This document shows, piece by piece, positions 34,332-44,098 of a stretch of DNA of 64,000 bases. Under the pieces are notes generated by a model. The model was not told the DNA's origin and did no database searches. It saw only the letters and a list, made by a program, of their open reading frames with translations. The DNA lies in the sequence record OM870969.1; one strand, given 5' to 3'. This DNA is from Pseudomonas phage vB_Paer_PsCh. Both the position numbers and the translations under genes were made by a program. Within the stretch, counting starts at the first letter, position 1, and each line of letters opens with the position of its first letter.

Positions 34332-37046
34332 ATGCAACAACGGTTTGAAACAATCGAGCAATACCTCGAATGGATGGGAAATAACAATTTCACTAATATG
34401 ACTTGGGATATCGAGTCTACGGGCCTGCTGGACGAATCGTCCATCGATTACACTGCAAGCCCCTACAAGATCAAGCCCAGCTACAGTCATCACTGTATCG
34501 TAGTAGAAGAGCACGGCGGTAACATTCTGGCGTTCTACGATGGCCCCACTTACATCTTCGACGGTCGAGAGTACACTGAGAAGCTGCCGAAAGCATCTTC
34601 CATGCTACACACTGAAGAAGTTGTGACTCTCAAGGACTACACTCCGGTAGAGTATATTCACCTGCCGCTGAAAGAGTTCAAGAACTATGTGCTCAAGCGC
34701 AAGATCAAGCGCGTAGTGGCTCACAACATGATTAACTTCGACCTTATGTCGATGAAGCTTGTGGAAGATATGGACTTTACTATCGGCGTCGAGCACAGGG
34801 ATGGCGGTCTGACTACGTGGTCTGCTGACACTTGGATGGGCAAGCAAGTGGTATTCGACGATACCCTCGTTATCTCCAAGACTTGTAACCCTGACCTGTT
34901 CGGCGGTCACAGTCTGGATAAGCTGTCTCGTCGTGCAGGTGGTGACACCAAGATTGACTTCCGTAAGCATTTGGCACCGGATGTTCGATTCCTCGACTTC
35001 GCAGCCGATATGCTCTACTACTGTATCTATGACGTAAAGGCGAACACCGCTGTATGGCATTGGTTGCAGGACCACGAAGATTACCAACTGTCCGACCGTG
35101 ACAACTACATCAAGAATTGGCTGTCCCCGATTCAGTTGGAGAAGAAGGTTGCAGAGATCATCACCTATCAGGAGCACCGAGGGTTTGTTCTGAATGTTGA
35201 TCTCTGTGAAAAAGCTGTGAAAGACTTGGACGCCAAGATGGAAGAGCGTCGGGCCCGGGTGGAACCTGTGCTTCCTCCTCGACCGGCAACCAAGAAATTC
35301 ATGGCAGACTACACTCCACCTGTTCGACAGTTCAAGAAGAACGGGGAGATCACCACTTACCTACAGAAGTTCATTGAAAAGATCGGCGCTCAATTGAAAG
35401 AGGGCGACGACAGAACCATGATCTTTGAGGGTAAGGAGTACAAGCTGCCTCTCCCGGCAGACGTACCGCTGAAGACGGAAATGCCTGCTAAGATCGGGGA
35501 CACAACTCACATCAAGCAATGGCTTATGGGTGAGTTTGGTTGGATTCCATCAGAGTGGAAAGAGACTGATCTGACTGTGGATCAGAAGAAGATCAAGCTT
35601 CCGATGGAAAACATCGTTGCTAAGATCGATCGCTGGCTGGATGTAACGTATAGCACAGCGTACAAGGAAGAGCGGCTGGACGGGTTCGGGGATTACATGA
35701 AGATCACCCCTCGTAGCACCCGCGCGTATGTACGTCAGAGGTTGATTGATCGTGCAAGCAAGGGGGGCTGTAAGGTTCTCACTAACCCTAGCTTCACAAA
35801 GGGCCAAGAGAAAGAAATGTGTCCAGACCTCGAACGCATTGCAGAACAGTTTCCGTTCGCGAAGGATGTGATTGAGTACCTGACCTTTAAGCACCGGCGA
35901 AGCGCAATCCTCGGTGGCGGCATGGACTGGGACGAAATGGAGGATGGAGAGGAGCCGGAAAAAGGTTACCTTGCAAGCATTCGTCAGGACGGCAGGATTC
36001 CCACGCCTGCTGACACTTGCGGGGCTGCTACTAGCCGGATGAAGCACCGGAAGGTTGCTAACGTTCCTCGGATCACCTCGTTGTACGGGGCTGAGCTTCG
36101 AGAGTTGTTTGGGGTTGGAGATGGGTTCTTCCAAATTGGATACGACTTCGATTCCTTGGAAGCACGTAAAGAGTCGGCCTACTGCGATCAGTACGATCCG
36201 ACAAAGGAATACTGTAAGTCACTCATGATGGAGAAGCCATTCGACGTTCACACGATGATGGCTAAGCGTATTTCCGAGATTATCGGTCGTCAATTTAACC
36301 GGTCTCCTGCGAAAAACGTAAAATACGGGTGTACGTACGGTGCTCAAGCTGGTAAAGTGGCAAAAACCATTGGTGCCGATTTGCAAACGGGTCAACTGGT
36401 ATTCGATGCGTTCTGGGATGCAGCATTCCCATTGAAAGCACTGAAGGATGACCTAACCAAGCAGTGGGAGGCCAACGGTAAGAAGTATATTGTTGGAGTG
36501 GACGGTCGCCGAGTTCCTACTCGTTCGGCTCACGCTATCCTGAACAGCTTGTTCCAGAGTGGCGGTGTTATCTGTGCTAAACGTGCTATGGTGATTCATG
36601 ACCAACTGCTGGAGAAAGAAGGTCTGAAGGTTGACTTTTTCAAAGAAGACTGGAAGAACAAGCCGGAATTCTGCCAACAAATGATCGCGTACCACGACGA
36701 AGCGCAGTTGGAAGTAACCGCCAAGTCGGTGAGCTTCAAGATGTTCCCTTGGTCCCTAGTAGGCGGCAAGCCGGAAGGGGAGAAGGAGCGAGAGGCAGCC
36801 GAGAAGGAGTTGAAAGCTCTAGCTCAGGCTTACAAGGACGAACAATTGGCTAGCACTGGCAAGGTGTGGAGTGATATCGCACACTACAGCAAAGGTGAAG
36901 GCGGGGTGTTTGTAGCTTACTGCCGCGCTGGAGAACTTGCCACGAAGGCCGTGAGAGCTGCGGGAGAGTTCTACTCTACTCCTCTGGTGCCTATCGAGCT
37001 GACCGCTGGCTACATCGTTGGTCGATCTTGGAAGGATTGCCACTAA
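34332..37046 (+). CDS. DNA polymerase, family A, with 3'-5' exonuclease domain
   Basis: 904 aa. Exo I WDIESTGL. Pol motif A GYDFDSLEAR, motif B SPAKNVKYGCTYGAQAGK, motif C YHDEAQLEV. Confidence 0.9.
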   Translation: MQQRFETIEQYLEWMGNNNFTNMTWDIESTGLLDESSIDYTASPYKIKPSYSHHCIVVEEHGGNILAFYDGPTYIFDGREYTEKLPKASSMLHTEEVVTLKDYTPVEYIHLPLKEFKNYVLKRKIKRVVAHNMINFDLMSMKLVEDMDFTIGVEHRDGGLTTWSADTWMGKQVVFDDTLVISKTCNPDLFGGHSLDKLSRRAGGDTKIDFRKHLAPDVRFLDFAADMLYYCIYDVKANTAVWHWLQDHEDYQLSDRDNYIKNWLSPIQLEKKVAEIITYQEHRGFVLNVDLCEKAVKDLDAKMEERRARVEPVLPPRPATKKFMADYTPPVRQFKKNGEITTYLQKFIEKIGAQLKEGDDRTMIFEGKEYKLPLPADVPLKTEMPAKIGDTTHIKQWLMGEFGWIPSEWKETDLTVDQKKIKLPMENIVAKIDRWLDVTYSTAYKEERLDGFGDYMKITPRSTRAYVRQRLIDRASKGGCKVLTNPSFTKGQEKEMCPDLERIAEQFPFAKDVIEYLTFKHRRSAILGGGMDWDEMEDGEEPEKGYLASIRQDGRIPTPADTCGAATSRMKHRKVANVPRITSLYGAELRELFGVGDGFFQIGYDFDSLEARKESAYCDQYDPTKEYCKSLMMEKPFDVHTMMAKRISEIIGRQFNRSPAKNVKYGCTYGAQAGKVAKTIGADLQTGQLVFDAFWDAAFPLKALKDDLTKQWEANGKKYIVGVDGRRVPTRSAHAILNSLFQSGGVICAKRAMVIHDQLLEKEGLKVDFFKEDWKNKPEFCQQMIAYHDEAQLEVTAKSVSFKMFPWSLVGGKPEGEKEREAAEKELKALAQAYKDEQLASTGKVWSDIAHYSKGEGGVFVAYCRAGELATKAVRAAGEFYSTPLVPIELTAGYIVGRSWKDCH

Positions 37047-37073
37047 AACTGGCATTAAGCGAGGAAAGGGGCT

Positions 37074-37101
37074 TGACAGGCCCCTCCGCCTCCTATACAA
37101 T
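37074..37101 (+). promoter_or_regulatory. sigma70-like promoter with -35 in a hairpin loop
   Basis: AGGGGC-TTGACA-GGCCCCT, 16-nt spacer, TACAAT. Confidence 0.45.
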
Positions 37102-37135
37102 GGCCACATATTCACAACATACAAGGAGAAACACA

Positions 37136-37531
37136 ATGACTCTGGCTTTCATTATCTATCTGGTAATGACCGTATTCCCAGCCTTGTCATCGGCTGGTAG
37201 CTTTGCCCTGATCGTCACCATCATCGCATGGGTTGCAGGAGGGTTCGTTTACTTGGCATCCATTGGTGGCCGAGAGAATTCGGCAGTTAAAGCCACACTC
37301 AAAAATCACCTACGGCCCTTGACGTTCAAGCTGTTTCTGCCTATCATTGTAATCGGCCATCTGGTCCCCTCGTCTGAAACGGCATGGTGGATGGTTGGCG
37401 GGTATGCTGCACAGAGCCTTTATCAGGCAGACGCTACTCAGCAGGTTCTCAGCGAATCTACTGAACTGCTCGAAGCTCTGGTTAAGCGTGCTAAGAAAGA
37501 AACTCTAAAGGCTGTCGAAGGCAGCGAGTAA
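37136..37531 (+). CDS. membrane protein
   Basis: 131 aa from ATG 37136 (RBS AAGGAGA). At least 3 predicted TM helices. Confidence 0.5.
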   Translation: MTLAFIIYLVMTVFPALSSAGSFALIVTIIAWVAGGFVYLASIGGRENSAVKATLKNHLRPLTFKLFLPIIVIGHLVPSSETAWWMVGGYAAQSLYQADATQQVLSESTELLEALVKRAKKETLKAVEGSE

Positions 37532-37551
37532 TCTAGAATAGGAGGTATGGT

Positions 37552-37719
37552 ATGAACACGGCTCGACTCTACGTCTACGGCAAATCGTCCATGGTAGGAA
37601 TCACTGTTGACAACAAGGCTAACCGAGAGTACTATACCTCTAAAGGCTTCGAGGTATCGGAGACACCGTTAGCACACAAGAGTGTTGCTAACAAATACAA
37701 ACAGAAAGGAGGTAAATAA
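37552..37719 (+). CDS. small hypothetical protein
   Basis: 55-aa ORF, RBS AGGAGGT. Under 60 aa, so absent from the ORF track. Confidence 0.35.
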   Translation: MNTARLYVYGKSSMVGITVDNKANREYYTSKGFEVSETPLAHKSVANKYKQKGGK

Positions 37720-37720
37720 T

Positions 37721-38431
37721 ATGTCTGGTATTATCCCCGGGACTATCGTCAAACTCACTCAAGTGGGATGTGACGTCACCTATGGCTGGCCAAATGAAGC
37801 CCGCTATGTAGGCGCATACGCAGTAGCAGTAGATGGACGTGATATCGGTCTCCCGGAAGGGGAAATCCGGTTCTGCTCCCTTCATTGGTCCATTGAGCGA
37901 GATGTTAATGATGGACTCGGAGACTACCAAATGCTGTTAGCGGATGCAGGCCGCTACGAGATTGTAGCAATCCCGGGTAAGAAGTACTACGTTAAGAACG
38001 TTGCCAAGCACAGCGCACAGATCGGCCATTACTTGGTTCCTTCGGAGCCAGCCTTGTACGTAGGTTTCGAGCCGTGCTGGCTGAAGAGCATGCACGAAGG
38101 AGAGAGCCCATTCTGCATGCTCTTTAAAGGACGAGTTAACATCGGCGGTGATATTTCTGACGATCCGAAGCTCCAGACTCTCTACCCTGAATTGGTACTT
38201 GAGGAGTTCAAAGAAGAGGCAGAGGAGGCTATTGAAGCTCCGGTCAACGAAGAGAAGAAAGAAAAGGTTGCAAAGCACGCTGTAATGGGTTATGCTGTTC
38301 TCGATGAAGACGGAAGCTCTTTTAAATTCTGCCTCACTCGCGAAGAGGCACGATCCACCAAGCGCTGGTGGGGCGGCAAGGCCGAGGGAATCTCGATTGT
38401 GAAACTGATTAAAGGAGAGGAGGTGCGCTAA
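37721..38431 (+). CDS. hypothetical protein
   Basis: 236 aa from ATG 37721 (RBS AAGGAGGT). Acidic Glu-rich C-terminal region. Confidence 0.5.
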   Translation: MSGIIPGTIVKLTQVGCDVTYGWPNEARYVGAYAVAVDGRDIGLPEGEIRFCSLHWSIERDVNDGLGDYQMLLADAGRYEIVAIPGKKYYVKNVAKHSAQIGHYLVPSEPALYVGFEPCWLKSMHEGESPFCMLFKGRVNIGGDISDDPKLQTLYPELVLEEFKEEAEEAIEAPVNEEKKEKVAKHAVMGYAVLDEDGSSFKFCLTREEARSTKRWWGGKAEGISIVKLIKGEEVR

Positions 38432-38533
38432 TTGCGCTAATCCTCTTGCAGAATCCGGGAATGTCCGGTATGATCGTCGGTCAAGTGGCTGACACACTCG
38501 CCCAGTCTAGGGTACTTAAATAGGAGAAATAAA

Positions 38534-39538
38534 ATGGCTTTTAAACTGAACGTAACTACCAACACTCAATCCGGCAACGGCGGCATCCGCAAGGAAGTCG
38601 ATTGGGATGCTCTGAACAACCACGTCGTGGAAGCTGCTGGCACTGCCGCTAAAGCACGTTCGATCCCGGGTTATATCTCCGGCATCATCGACCTCGGCGA
38701 GCAAGAGCAGAACGATGCAGAGGTTGTGTTCACTGGCACTGCCGAAGATGAAATCCAAATCATCAAGGAATATCCGAACACTTACTTCAAGGATGGACTG
38801 GACAAGCAGACTCGCAAGCCTGTACGTCTGAAGTGCTGGCCGCAGCGCGATATGCAACAAATCGCGATCACTGTGGACTTCCCTCAGATCGAGGTAGACA
38901 AGAGCCTGTACCTGACCGGTAACAGCAACAAGTCTCCGCTTCGTGTCCTGTACAACGGCGACTTTACTCTGCCGGGTCAGAAGACTAAGATTGTTGGCCG
39001 TCCGTTCACCATCAAGGAAGTGAAGCACCCGAACGGCAAATGGGCATTCGCTAAGAACTCCATGCTGCACAAACTGGCTGTAGCTACTGGCGTCATCAAC
39101 GAAGACGAACTCTTCACCAAGGACCGCGTAGGCGAGCTTCTGGGTAAAGTGGCTCAGTTCCAAGTTCGAGTGTGGATGAAGCCGGGCAAAAACGACATGA
39201 AATTCCTCACCGAGGATATCAGTCTGGTCGGTATGGTGCCTGAAGGTGTTCCGGTTCCTGAACTGGATGAGAAGTACATCTACGGCGTGAACCTGTATGG
39301 TGAGAACGACGAAGAGGCAGTTAAGCAACTGCGTGCCAACGTCATTAACACCATCAAGCGAGCCAAGAACTACGAAGGTTCGGATATCAAGGCGATGATC
39401 GAAGCTGTTGAAGCTGCACGCGGCGGTAACCGCTCCAGCGGTGACAGCGAGGAACAAGCTGAAGCTAAAGAGCAGACTAAAGCTGCTCCTAAAGTTGAGC
39501 CGGTTCAGACCAACGTCGATGACGACATTCCGTTCTAA
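38534..39538 (+). CDS. ssb: single-stranded DNA-binding protein (phage-type, with host-SSB-like C-terminal tail)
   Basis: 334 aa, RBS AGGAGA, within the replication module. Acidic C-terminal region ending in DDDIPF, identical to the E. coli SSB C-terminal tip. Strong terminator downstream. Confidence 0.5.
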   Translation: MAFKLNVTTNTQSGNGGIRKEVDWDALNNHVVEAAGTAAKARSIPGYISGIIDLGEQEQNDAEVVFTGTAEDEIQIIKEYPNTYFKDGLDKQTRKPVRLKCWPQRDMQQIAITVDFPQIEVDKSLYLTGNSNKSPLRVLYNGDFTLPGQKTKIVGRPFTIKEVKHPNGKWAFAKNSMLHKLAVATGVINEDELFTKDRVGELLGKVAQFQVRVWMKPGKNDMKFLTEDISLVGMVPEGVPVPELDEKYIYGVNLYGENDEEAVKQLRANVINTIKRAKNYEGSDIKAMIEAVEAARGGNRSSGDSEEQAEAKEQTKAAPKVEPVQTNVDDDIPF

Positions 39539-39562
39539 GGTTACGCGGAAGTAGAGGCAATA

Positions 39563-39590
39563 GAGGGGCTTCGGCCCCCCCTTTCAAATT
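39563..39590 (+). terminator. rho-independent terminator (UUCG tetraloop)
   Basis: GGGGC-TTCG-GCCCC hairpin followed by CCCTTTCAAATTTC. Confidence 0.55.
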
Positions 39591-39606
39591 TCAAAGGAGG
39601 TAACAC

Positions 39607-39840
39607 ATGCAAATCAATCTCGGTCCTATTTTTCTTCTGGCTGCCATCATTCTGTGCGTACTGAAGTCTGCCGGCGTACTCGCTATCTCTTGGACTCTGG
39701 CGCTCATGCCCATCTGGATTCCTTTCGTAATCATGCTGGTTGTTCTTGTAGGTTTTGGCGTGGTAGCTGGTGTGCTTTATGCCATTGGGAGCCGCAGTAA
39801 GGTTAAGTACAGTTTTAAAAACAACCTCCGAAAGAAGTGA
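39607..39840 (+). CDS. small membrane protein
   Basis: 77 aa with two predicted TM helices, RBS AAGGAGG. Confidence 0.5.
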   Translation: MQINLGPIFLLAAIILCVLKSAGVLAISWTLALMPIWIPFVIMLVVLVGFGVVAGVLYAIGSRSKVKYSFKNNLRKK

Positions 39841-39849
39841 GAACCGATT

Positions 39850-40071
39850 ATGAGCACCCTAGTTATTGTTCGAGTACCTGCGTACATTCTAAAAGGCCCT
39901 ACAGTAAACAACTCCTTCTGCGGGGAGGTCTGGGAACGAGAGCTTTTCAGAGACTTGAAGAGTGCTGCGGGGAGTATCCTCAAAGGAGAGCCGGCTTATG
40001 TTACTCTTCCTAACAATGTAAACCCTGACACTCGACAGACAGAGTGGGACATTCAGGTTGTACAGTTCTAA
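39850..40071 (+). CDS. hypothetical protein
   Basis: 73-aa ORF followed by a terminator. Confidence 0.45.
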   Translation: MSTLVIVRVPAYILKGPTVNNSFCGEVWERELFRDLKSAAGSILKGEPAYVTLPNNVNPDTRQTEWDIQVVQF

Positions 40072-40074
40072 CCC

Positions 40075-40100
40075 AAGGGGAGCTTCGGCTCCCTTTTTCA
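40075..40100 (+). terminator. rho-independent terminator (UUCG tetraloop)
   Basis: GGGGAGC-TTCG-GCTCCC hairpin followed by TTTTTCA. Confidence 0.7.
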
Positions 40101-40112
40101 TTGGAGATAAAA

Positions 40113-41165
40113 ATGAGTGAAAAGGAAGAGGATATTGTCCTCATTGACGGCGACCTGATCGCCTTTAAGTGTGCAAGTGTCAACGAGACTCGCTCAATCA
40201 TCGTTAAAAACAAATTGACCGGAGAAGAAGAGACTTGGAAGAATCGGACGACTTGGCGAGAGAATAACAAGGACAGCGAAGGGTTCAACGAAGACAACTT
40301 CGAAATAGAAGACCATCAAGACCCCAAGCACGTATCCTATGGTATCTCTGTTGTTAAGACCATGATCGACCGAATTTGCCGACAAGCCGGGTGCAAGCAG
40401 TTCAAGATTCTCCTATCTGGTCCCGACAACTTCAGGGACTCTATCCCTCTGCCACAAGAGTACGAGTTGACCAAAGGGAAGAAGACATTCACACGCGGTG
40501 GTCGATACAAAGGTAAGAGAACTGGACAAATCAAACCTCTACAGCTAGGTCAGCTACGGCAGTACATGATCGAAGCCTATGACACCATCATTCACCCCGG
40601 TGAAGCGGATGATCTCATGGCGGAAATGATGTACAAAAATGGAGTGAGTTATTCCCGGGGAGAAACCAAGCAGCGTGTTATCGGAGCTACCATCGATAAA
40701 GACGCAGACGGCACTCTAGGATGGCTTTGCAACTATGAGAGGGAGCCTGTTCAGGTCAAGTTCATTTCGGGCCTAGGATCGCTCTATAGGGACTCTAAGG
40801 GCAAGGTGAGAGGCGAGGGACGTAAGTTCTTCTACTTCCAGTTGCTATTCGGAGACCCTGTTGACTGCTACCGACCAGCGGACCTGTGCATCGGAAAGGA
40901 CTTCGGAGAAGTGGCTGCTTACAACATTATCAACCCTTGTGCGTCTGACAAAGAGTGCTGGCAAGCCATCTACGACACCTACAAATCTTGGTATCCTGAA
41001 CCTGTCACCTATACAGCTTGGGATGGCACCGAGCACACGAAAGACGCCGTAGAGATCATGCAAATGTACTGCGACTGCGCCCACATGCAACGCTGGGCGG
41101 GAGACAGAGTTGACTGTAGAGCCGTTCTGGCTAAAATGGGCGTAGAGCTAGGAGGTGTTGAATGA
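40113..41165 (+). CDS. 5'-3' exonuclease (T7 gp6 / FEN-like)
   Basis: 350 aa from ATG 40113 (RBS GGAGATAAAA). N-terminal VLIDGDLIAFKCA and later GEADDLMAE, IGATIDKDADG segments parallel the T7 gene 6 exonuclease acidic motifs. Confidence 0.65.
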   Translation: MSEKEEDIVLIDGDLIAFKCASVNETRSIIVKNKLTGEEETWKNRTTWRENNKDSEGFNEDNFEIEDHQDPKHVSYGISVVKTMIDRICRQAGCKQFKILLSGPDNFRDSIPLPQEYELTKGKKTFTRGGRYKGKRTGQIKPLQLGQLRQYMIEAYDTIIHPGEADDLMAEMMYKNGVSYSRGETKQRVIGATIDKDADGTLGWLCNYEREPVQVKFISGLGSLYRDSKGKVRGEGRKFFYFQLLFGDPVDCYRPADLCIGKDFGEVAAYNIINPCASDKECWQAIYDTYKSWYPEPVTYTAWDGTEHTKDAVEIMQMYCDCAHMQRWAGDRVDCRAVLAKMGVELGGVE

Positions 41166-41725
41166 GTGTAAGGCCGCGTCCTTGGGAGGACTTCCCGGGC
41201 ATCTGGAAAACTGAGGCGGCGTTCTTGAGTTGGGTCAGAGGCGGCATTCGCCGCTATCTCTGGTCCAAGAACCCCGTCAAACTGGAGTTCGCAAAGTCTA
41301 GAAGGGTCAAAATAGTCAACACCAATGAAAAGAGCAAGCTCCGCAATCCCACTGTATGGGGCTATGTATGCGAGCAGTGTGGCAAGGAGACCCCTCAAGC
41401 TGACGTCGAGATTGACCACAAGACTGGAGAATTCTCACTGAAACGTGTGGAGGACATCCAAACCTTCGTAGAGGGCGTGGTGTTCGTGAGAATGGAGGAC
41501 TTAGCTGTACTGTGCAAACCGTGCCATGAGATCAAGACCTATGCAGAGCGTTATGGGCTGACCCTAGAGGAAGCAGATATCGTAAAGCAGGCTATTGTAA
41601 TCCAGAAGCAAAAGGGATATGATAAGGTCTTCTTGCAGGAAGTGGGAATCAAACCCGCATCCAACGCAGAGCTTAGAAAAGAGCAGATCATTGGATACCT
41701 TAGGTCTAAGAAGGAGGGTGGATGA
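41162..41725 (+). CDS. HNH endonuclease domain protein
   Basis: 187 aa. CEQCGK..EIDHKTG..N..CKPCHEIKT is an HNH-type C-x2-C...H...C-x2-C-H arrangement. Confidence 0.45.
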   Translation: MSVRPRPWEDFPGIWKTEAAFLSWVRGGIRRYLWSKNPVKLEFAKSRRVKIVNTNEKSKLRNPTVWGYVCEQCGKETPQADVEIDHKTGEFSLKRVEDIQTFVEGVVFVRMEDLAVLCKPCHEIKTYAERYGLTLEEADIVKQAIVIQKQKGYDKVFLQEVGIKPASNAELRKEQIIGYLRSKKEGG

Positions 41726-42120
41726 ACGAGGATCGGGTTTACATTGTAGTAAGAGACGAGGCACCAGAATACATGGTGCCTACTCTGGTTGCACATAGCA
41801 TCCTAGGGGCAGACATGGCAATGGTTCTCCTCGGACAGGACCGGGCCGTTCCATCGACGGACCTTCCGTCCCGTCCGTATATGCATGCAGCGGCAAAAAC
41901 CGCCATTAAGTGGGTGGAGTGGAAACAGTGGAGCTTCCGTAAGATCGTTGTACGAGTTTCTGACAAAGAGTACAATAAGATCAAGCAAATCCCTTTCGTA
42001 TATGAGGGGTATGAGAGAACCATCTGCAACGGAGAGGGCTCTTGTCTAGTGGTGCCTCCTCTTAGCAAGGAGGAAACCCCGAATGTTCTTAAATTTGCAA
42101 AACTGTGGAGGCCTATGTGA
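41722..42120 (+). CDS. hypothetical protein
   Basis: 132-aa ORF with an ATGA overlap. Confidence 0.45.
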   Translation: MNEDRVYIVVRDEAPEYMVPTLVAHSILGADMAMVLLGQDRAVPSTDLPSRPYMHAAAKTAIKWVEWKQWSFRKIVVRVSDKEYNKIKQIPFVYEGYERTICNGEGSCLVVPPLSKEETPNVLKFAKLWRPM

Positions 42121-42347
42121 GAGAGAAGCTTATTAAAATCATGCGAAAGCTGCCGATCAGAGTACGAGCATCTATTGTTCTGATTTGGATATCCGTGTTC
42201 TTCTGGCTCCCGGCTGTAGCGGCATTAATTGCCGGAGTTATAGACTTCTTCTATACCGCAAAGGATCAGTTGGAAGAGGGATACTCGGTACTCATTTCCG
42301 CTGCTAAAGGAGCCGTTAAATGTCTTCGTACAGGAGAGGAGCTATGA
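42105..42347 (+). CDS. small membrane protein
   Basis: 80 aa with one clear TM helix (ASIVLIWISVFFWLPAVAALIAGVI). Confidence 0.4.
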   Translation: MEAYVREKLIKIMRKLPIRVRASIVLIWISVFFWLPAVAALIAGVIDFFYTAKDQLEEGYSVLISAAKGAVKCLRTGEEL

Positions 42348-42781
42348 CGAGTCTTGCTACTTATGTTATCCGCCATAAGAAAACTAAGGAGATTTGGACT
42401 ACTCCTAAAGGGAAGCGGCAATGGGCAACAAAAGGGGCTGCGGCTCTAGCTTGGAGAAACGCCTATGAGGGAACTACACTGGGCGTATGGGCTGCTAAAA
42501 GGGACATGGAGCGATGGTCCGACTTGAACATTCCTATGATAGTGGAGAATGGGTGCTACCGTTTGGCTAGCCGAGAGGCCGCAGCTTTCAAGAGTCAATC
42601 TGCTTTCGAGATTATCGATATAGCTGAATCTCTGAAGAATGAGAATCAATTGGTACTCGACTTGCTGAAAGACGTTATCGGATTTGAAGTGCCAGACTCC
42701 GTTGGAGACGGATACGTTCGTCTAACTATTAAAACATCCACATATGATGATATCATCAAACTACTGAAGGAGACGAAATGA
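42344..42781 (+). CDS. hypothetical protein
   Basis: 145 aa from ATG 42344 (RBS GGAGAGGAG). Confidence 0.45.
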   Translation: MTSLATYVIRHKKTKEIWTTPKGKRQWATKGAAALAWRNAYEGTTLGVWAAKRDMERWSDLNIPMIVENGCYRLASREAAAFKSQSAFEIIDIAESLKNENQLVLDLLKDVIGFEVPDSVGDGYVRLTIKTSTYDDIIKLLKETK

Positions 42782-42783
42782 GC

Positions 42784-42948
42784 ATGATGGACCCTAAAGC
42801 ATACTTCATCAAACAAGACCTAGAGGAAGCCACAAAGCTCCTCGAAAGGGCCTACAATCTACTCGACAACGTTCATTGCTATGACACGGCTGTGTACGAG
42901 GACATTGCAGCGTTCCTTTACGGTCGAGACTGCGAGGAGGCAGAGTAA
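42784..42948 (+). CDS. small hypothetical protein
   Basis: 54 aa, ATGA-coupled to the upstream gene. Under 60 aa, so not in the ORF track. Confidence 0.3.
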   Translation: MMDPKAYFIKQDLEEATKLLERAYNLLDNVHCYDTAVYEDIAAFLYGRDCEEAE

Positions 42949-42949
42949 G

Positions 42950-43132
42950 GTGCAGAAAGACATTAGGAAAACTACATCGGAGCTTCGAGATTTGTGTGAA
43001 GCTGTCTCTATGCTAGACGAGGCCTTGGTTATGATGCAGAAAAACGGGCTTTATGATACAGACTTGTACAAGCGCATAGACGCATTTTTGTACTACCAGC
43101 CGGGAGAAGGTGAATGGGAGGTTCTTGAATGA
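42950..43132 (+). CDS. small hypothetical protein (GTG start)
   Basis: 60 aa from GTG 42950 preceded by GAGGAGGCAGAG. The ORF-track version from 42881 would overlap the previous small gene. Confidence 0.35.
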   Translation: MQKDIRKTTSELRDLCEAVSMLDEALVMMQKNGLYDTDLYKRIDAFLYYQPGEGEWEVLE

Positions 43133-43908
43133 GTAGCAAGAAACACTTTGTAATTTCTGACACTCAGTGCAAACCGGGTATCAGCTTGGACTACATGGAA
43201 GCCATCGGTAAATATATCGTAGCCAAACGTCCAGATGTTGTGATCCACATTGGAGATCACTTTGACCTAGCCAGCCTGTCGTCCTACGATAAGGGTAAAC
43301 GCTCCTCTGAGGGCCGTAGGTACTCTGAAGACGTGCAAGTCGGACGTGAGGGTCTGGACCGACTGTTCAAGCCTCTGTGGGAGCTACAGGAACGTCAACG
43401 GGCTAATCGGAAGAAAGTGTACCAACCTCGGTTGATCTTTACACTGGGTAACCACGAAGAGCGAGCAGACCGGGCTGCTAATGACAACCCTGAGTTGTAT
43501 GGCACCGTAGGCAGCGATGAGCTTGGTATTCAGGACTACGGTTTTGAGGTTGTCCCGTTCCTCAAGCCTATCGAGGTAGACGGAATCTACTACGTCCACT
43601 ACCTTCAAAACCACTTCACTGGTAAGCCTCTGGGTGGTACAGCGAACAACATGCTCAAGGCTGCTGGTCATTCGTTTGTCATGGGCCACCGTCAGCTTCT
43701 GGACTGGGCGATCCATCCTACAATCGACGGAAAACAAAGACTTGGCATTGTGACTGGAGCGTGCTATCCTCACGATGAAGCCTACAAAGGCTATCAGGGC
43801 AACAACCACTTCCGTGGCTGTGTTATGATTCACGAAGTGAAGGATGGTTTTGGTCTACCTATGCCAGTAAGTCTGGACTTCATGATGGAGAAAGGAGGTT
43901 TCAAATGA
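43129..43908 (+). CDS. calcineurin-like metallophosphatase (Ser/Thr phosphatase family)
   Basis: 259 aa. Motifs IHIGDHFD, LGNHE and GH, characteristic of the MPP/PPP phosphoesterase superfamily. Confidence 0.65.
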   Translation: MSSKKHFVISDTQCKPGISLDYMEAIGKYIVAKRPDVVIHIGDHFDLASLSSYDKGKRSSEGRRYSEDVQVGREGLDRLFKPLWELQERQRANRKKVYQPRLIFTLGNHEERADRAANDNPELYGTVGSDELGIQDYGFEVVPFLKPIEVDGIYYVHYLQNHFTGKPLGGTANNMLKAAGHSFVMGHRQLLDWAIHPTIDGKQRLGIVTGACYPHDEAYKGYQGNNHFRGCVMIHEVKDGFGLPMPVSLDFMMEKGGFK

Positions 43909-44087
43909 CGGTTTATAAATTCTGGTGCGAATGGGATATCGGTATTAATGAATGCCTGTGGCGAGACTACTACCAGATGGAAGAGGATGTAGCTAAAGCC
44001 TTGTCAGACTGCGGGATTGAGGATACTATTGAGGAACTAGAGGGTGCAGGCCTGCTTGGCTTCGACTCTGTTAAAGTGATTGGTTAA
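43905..44087 (+). CDS. hypothetical protein
   Basis: 60-aa ORF with an ATGA overlap. Confidence 0.4.
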   Translation: MTVYKFWCEWDIGINECLWRDYYQMEEDVAKALSDCGIEDTIEELEGAGLLGFDSVKVIG

Positions 44088-44098
44088 TAGGAGGGCAT

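Noticed and set aside
33123-36134. Several 140-194-aa minus-strand ORFs inside the primase-helicase and DNA polymerase genes
   Set aside because: Antisense to long, motif-bearing plus-strand genes. No start contexts.
38516-39457. 313-aa minus-strand ORF
   Set aside because: Lies entirely antisense to the SSB-like gene, which has a strong RBS, a biologically meaningful C-terminus (DDDIPF) and a terminator. No RBS or promoter on the minus strand. Typical antisense shadow ORF.
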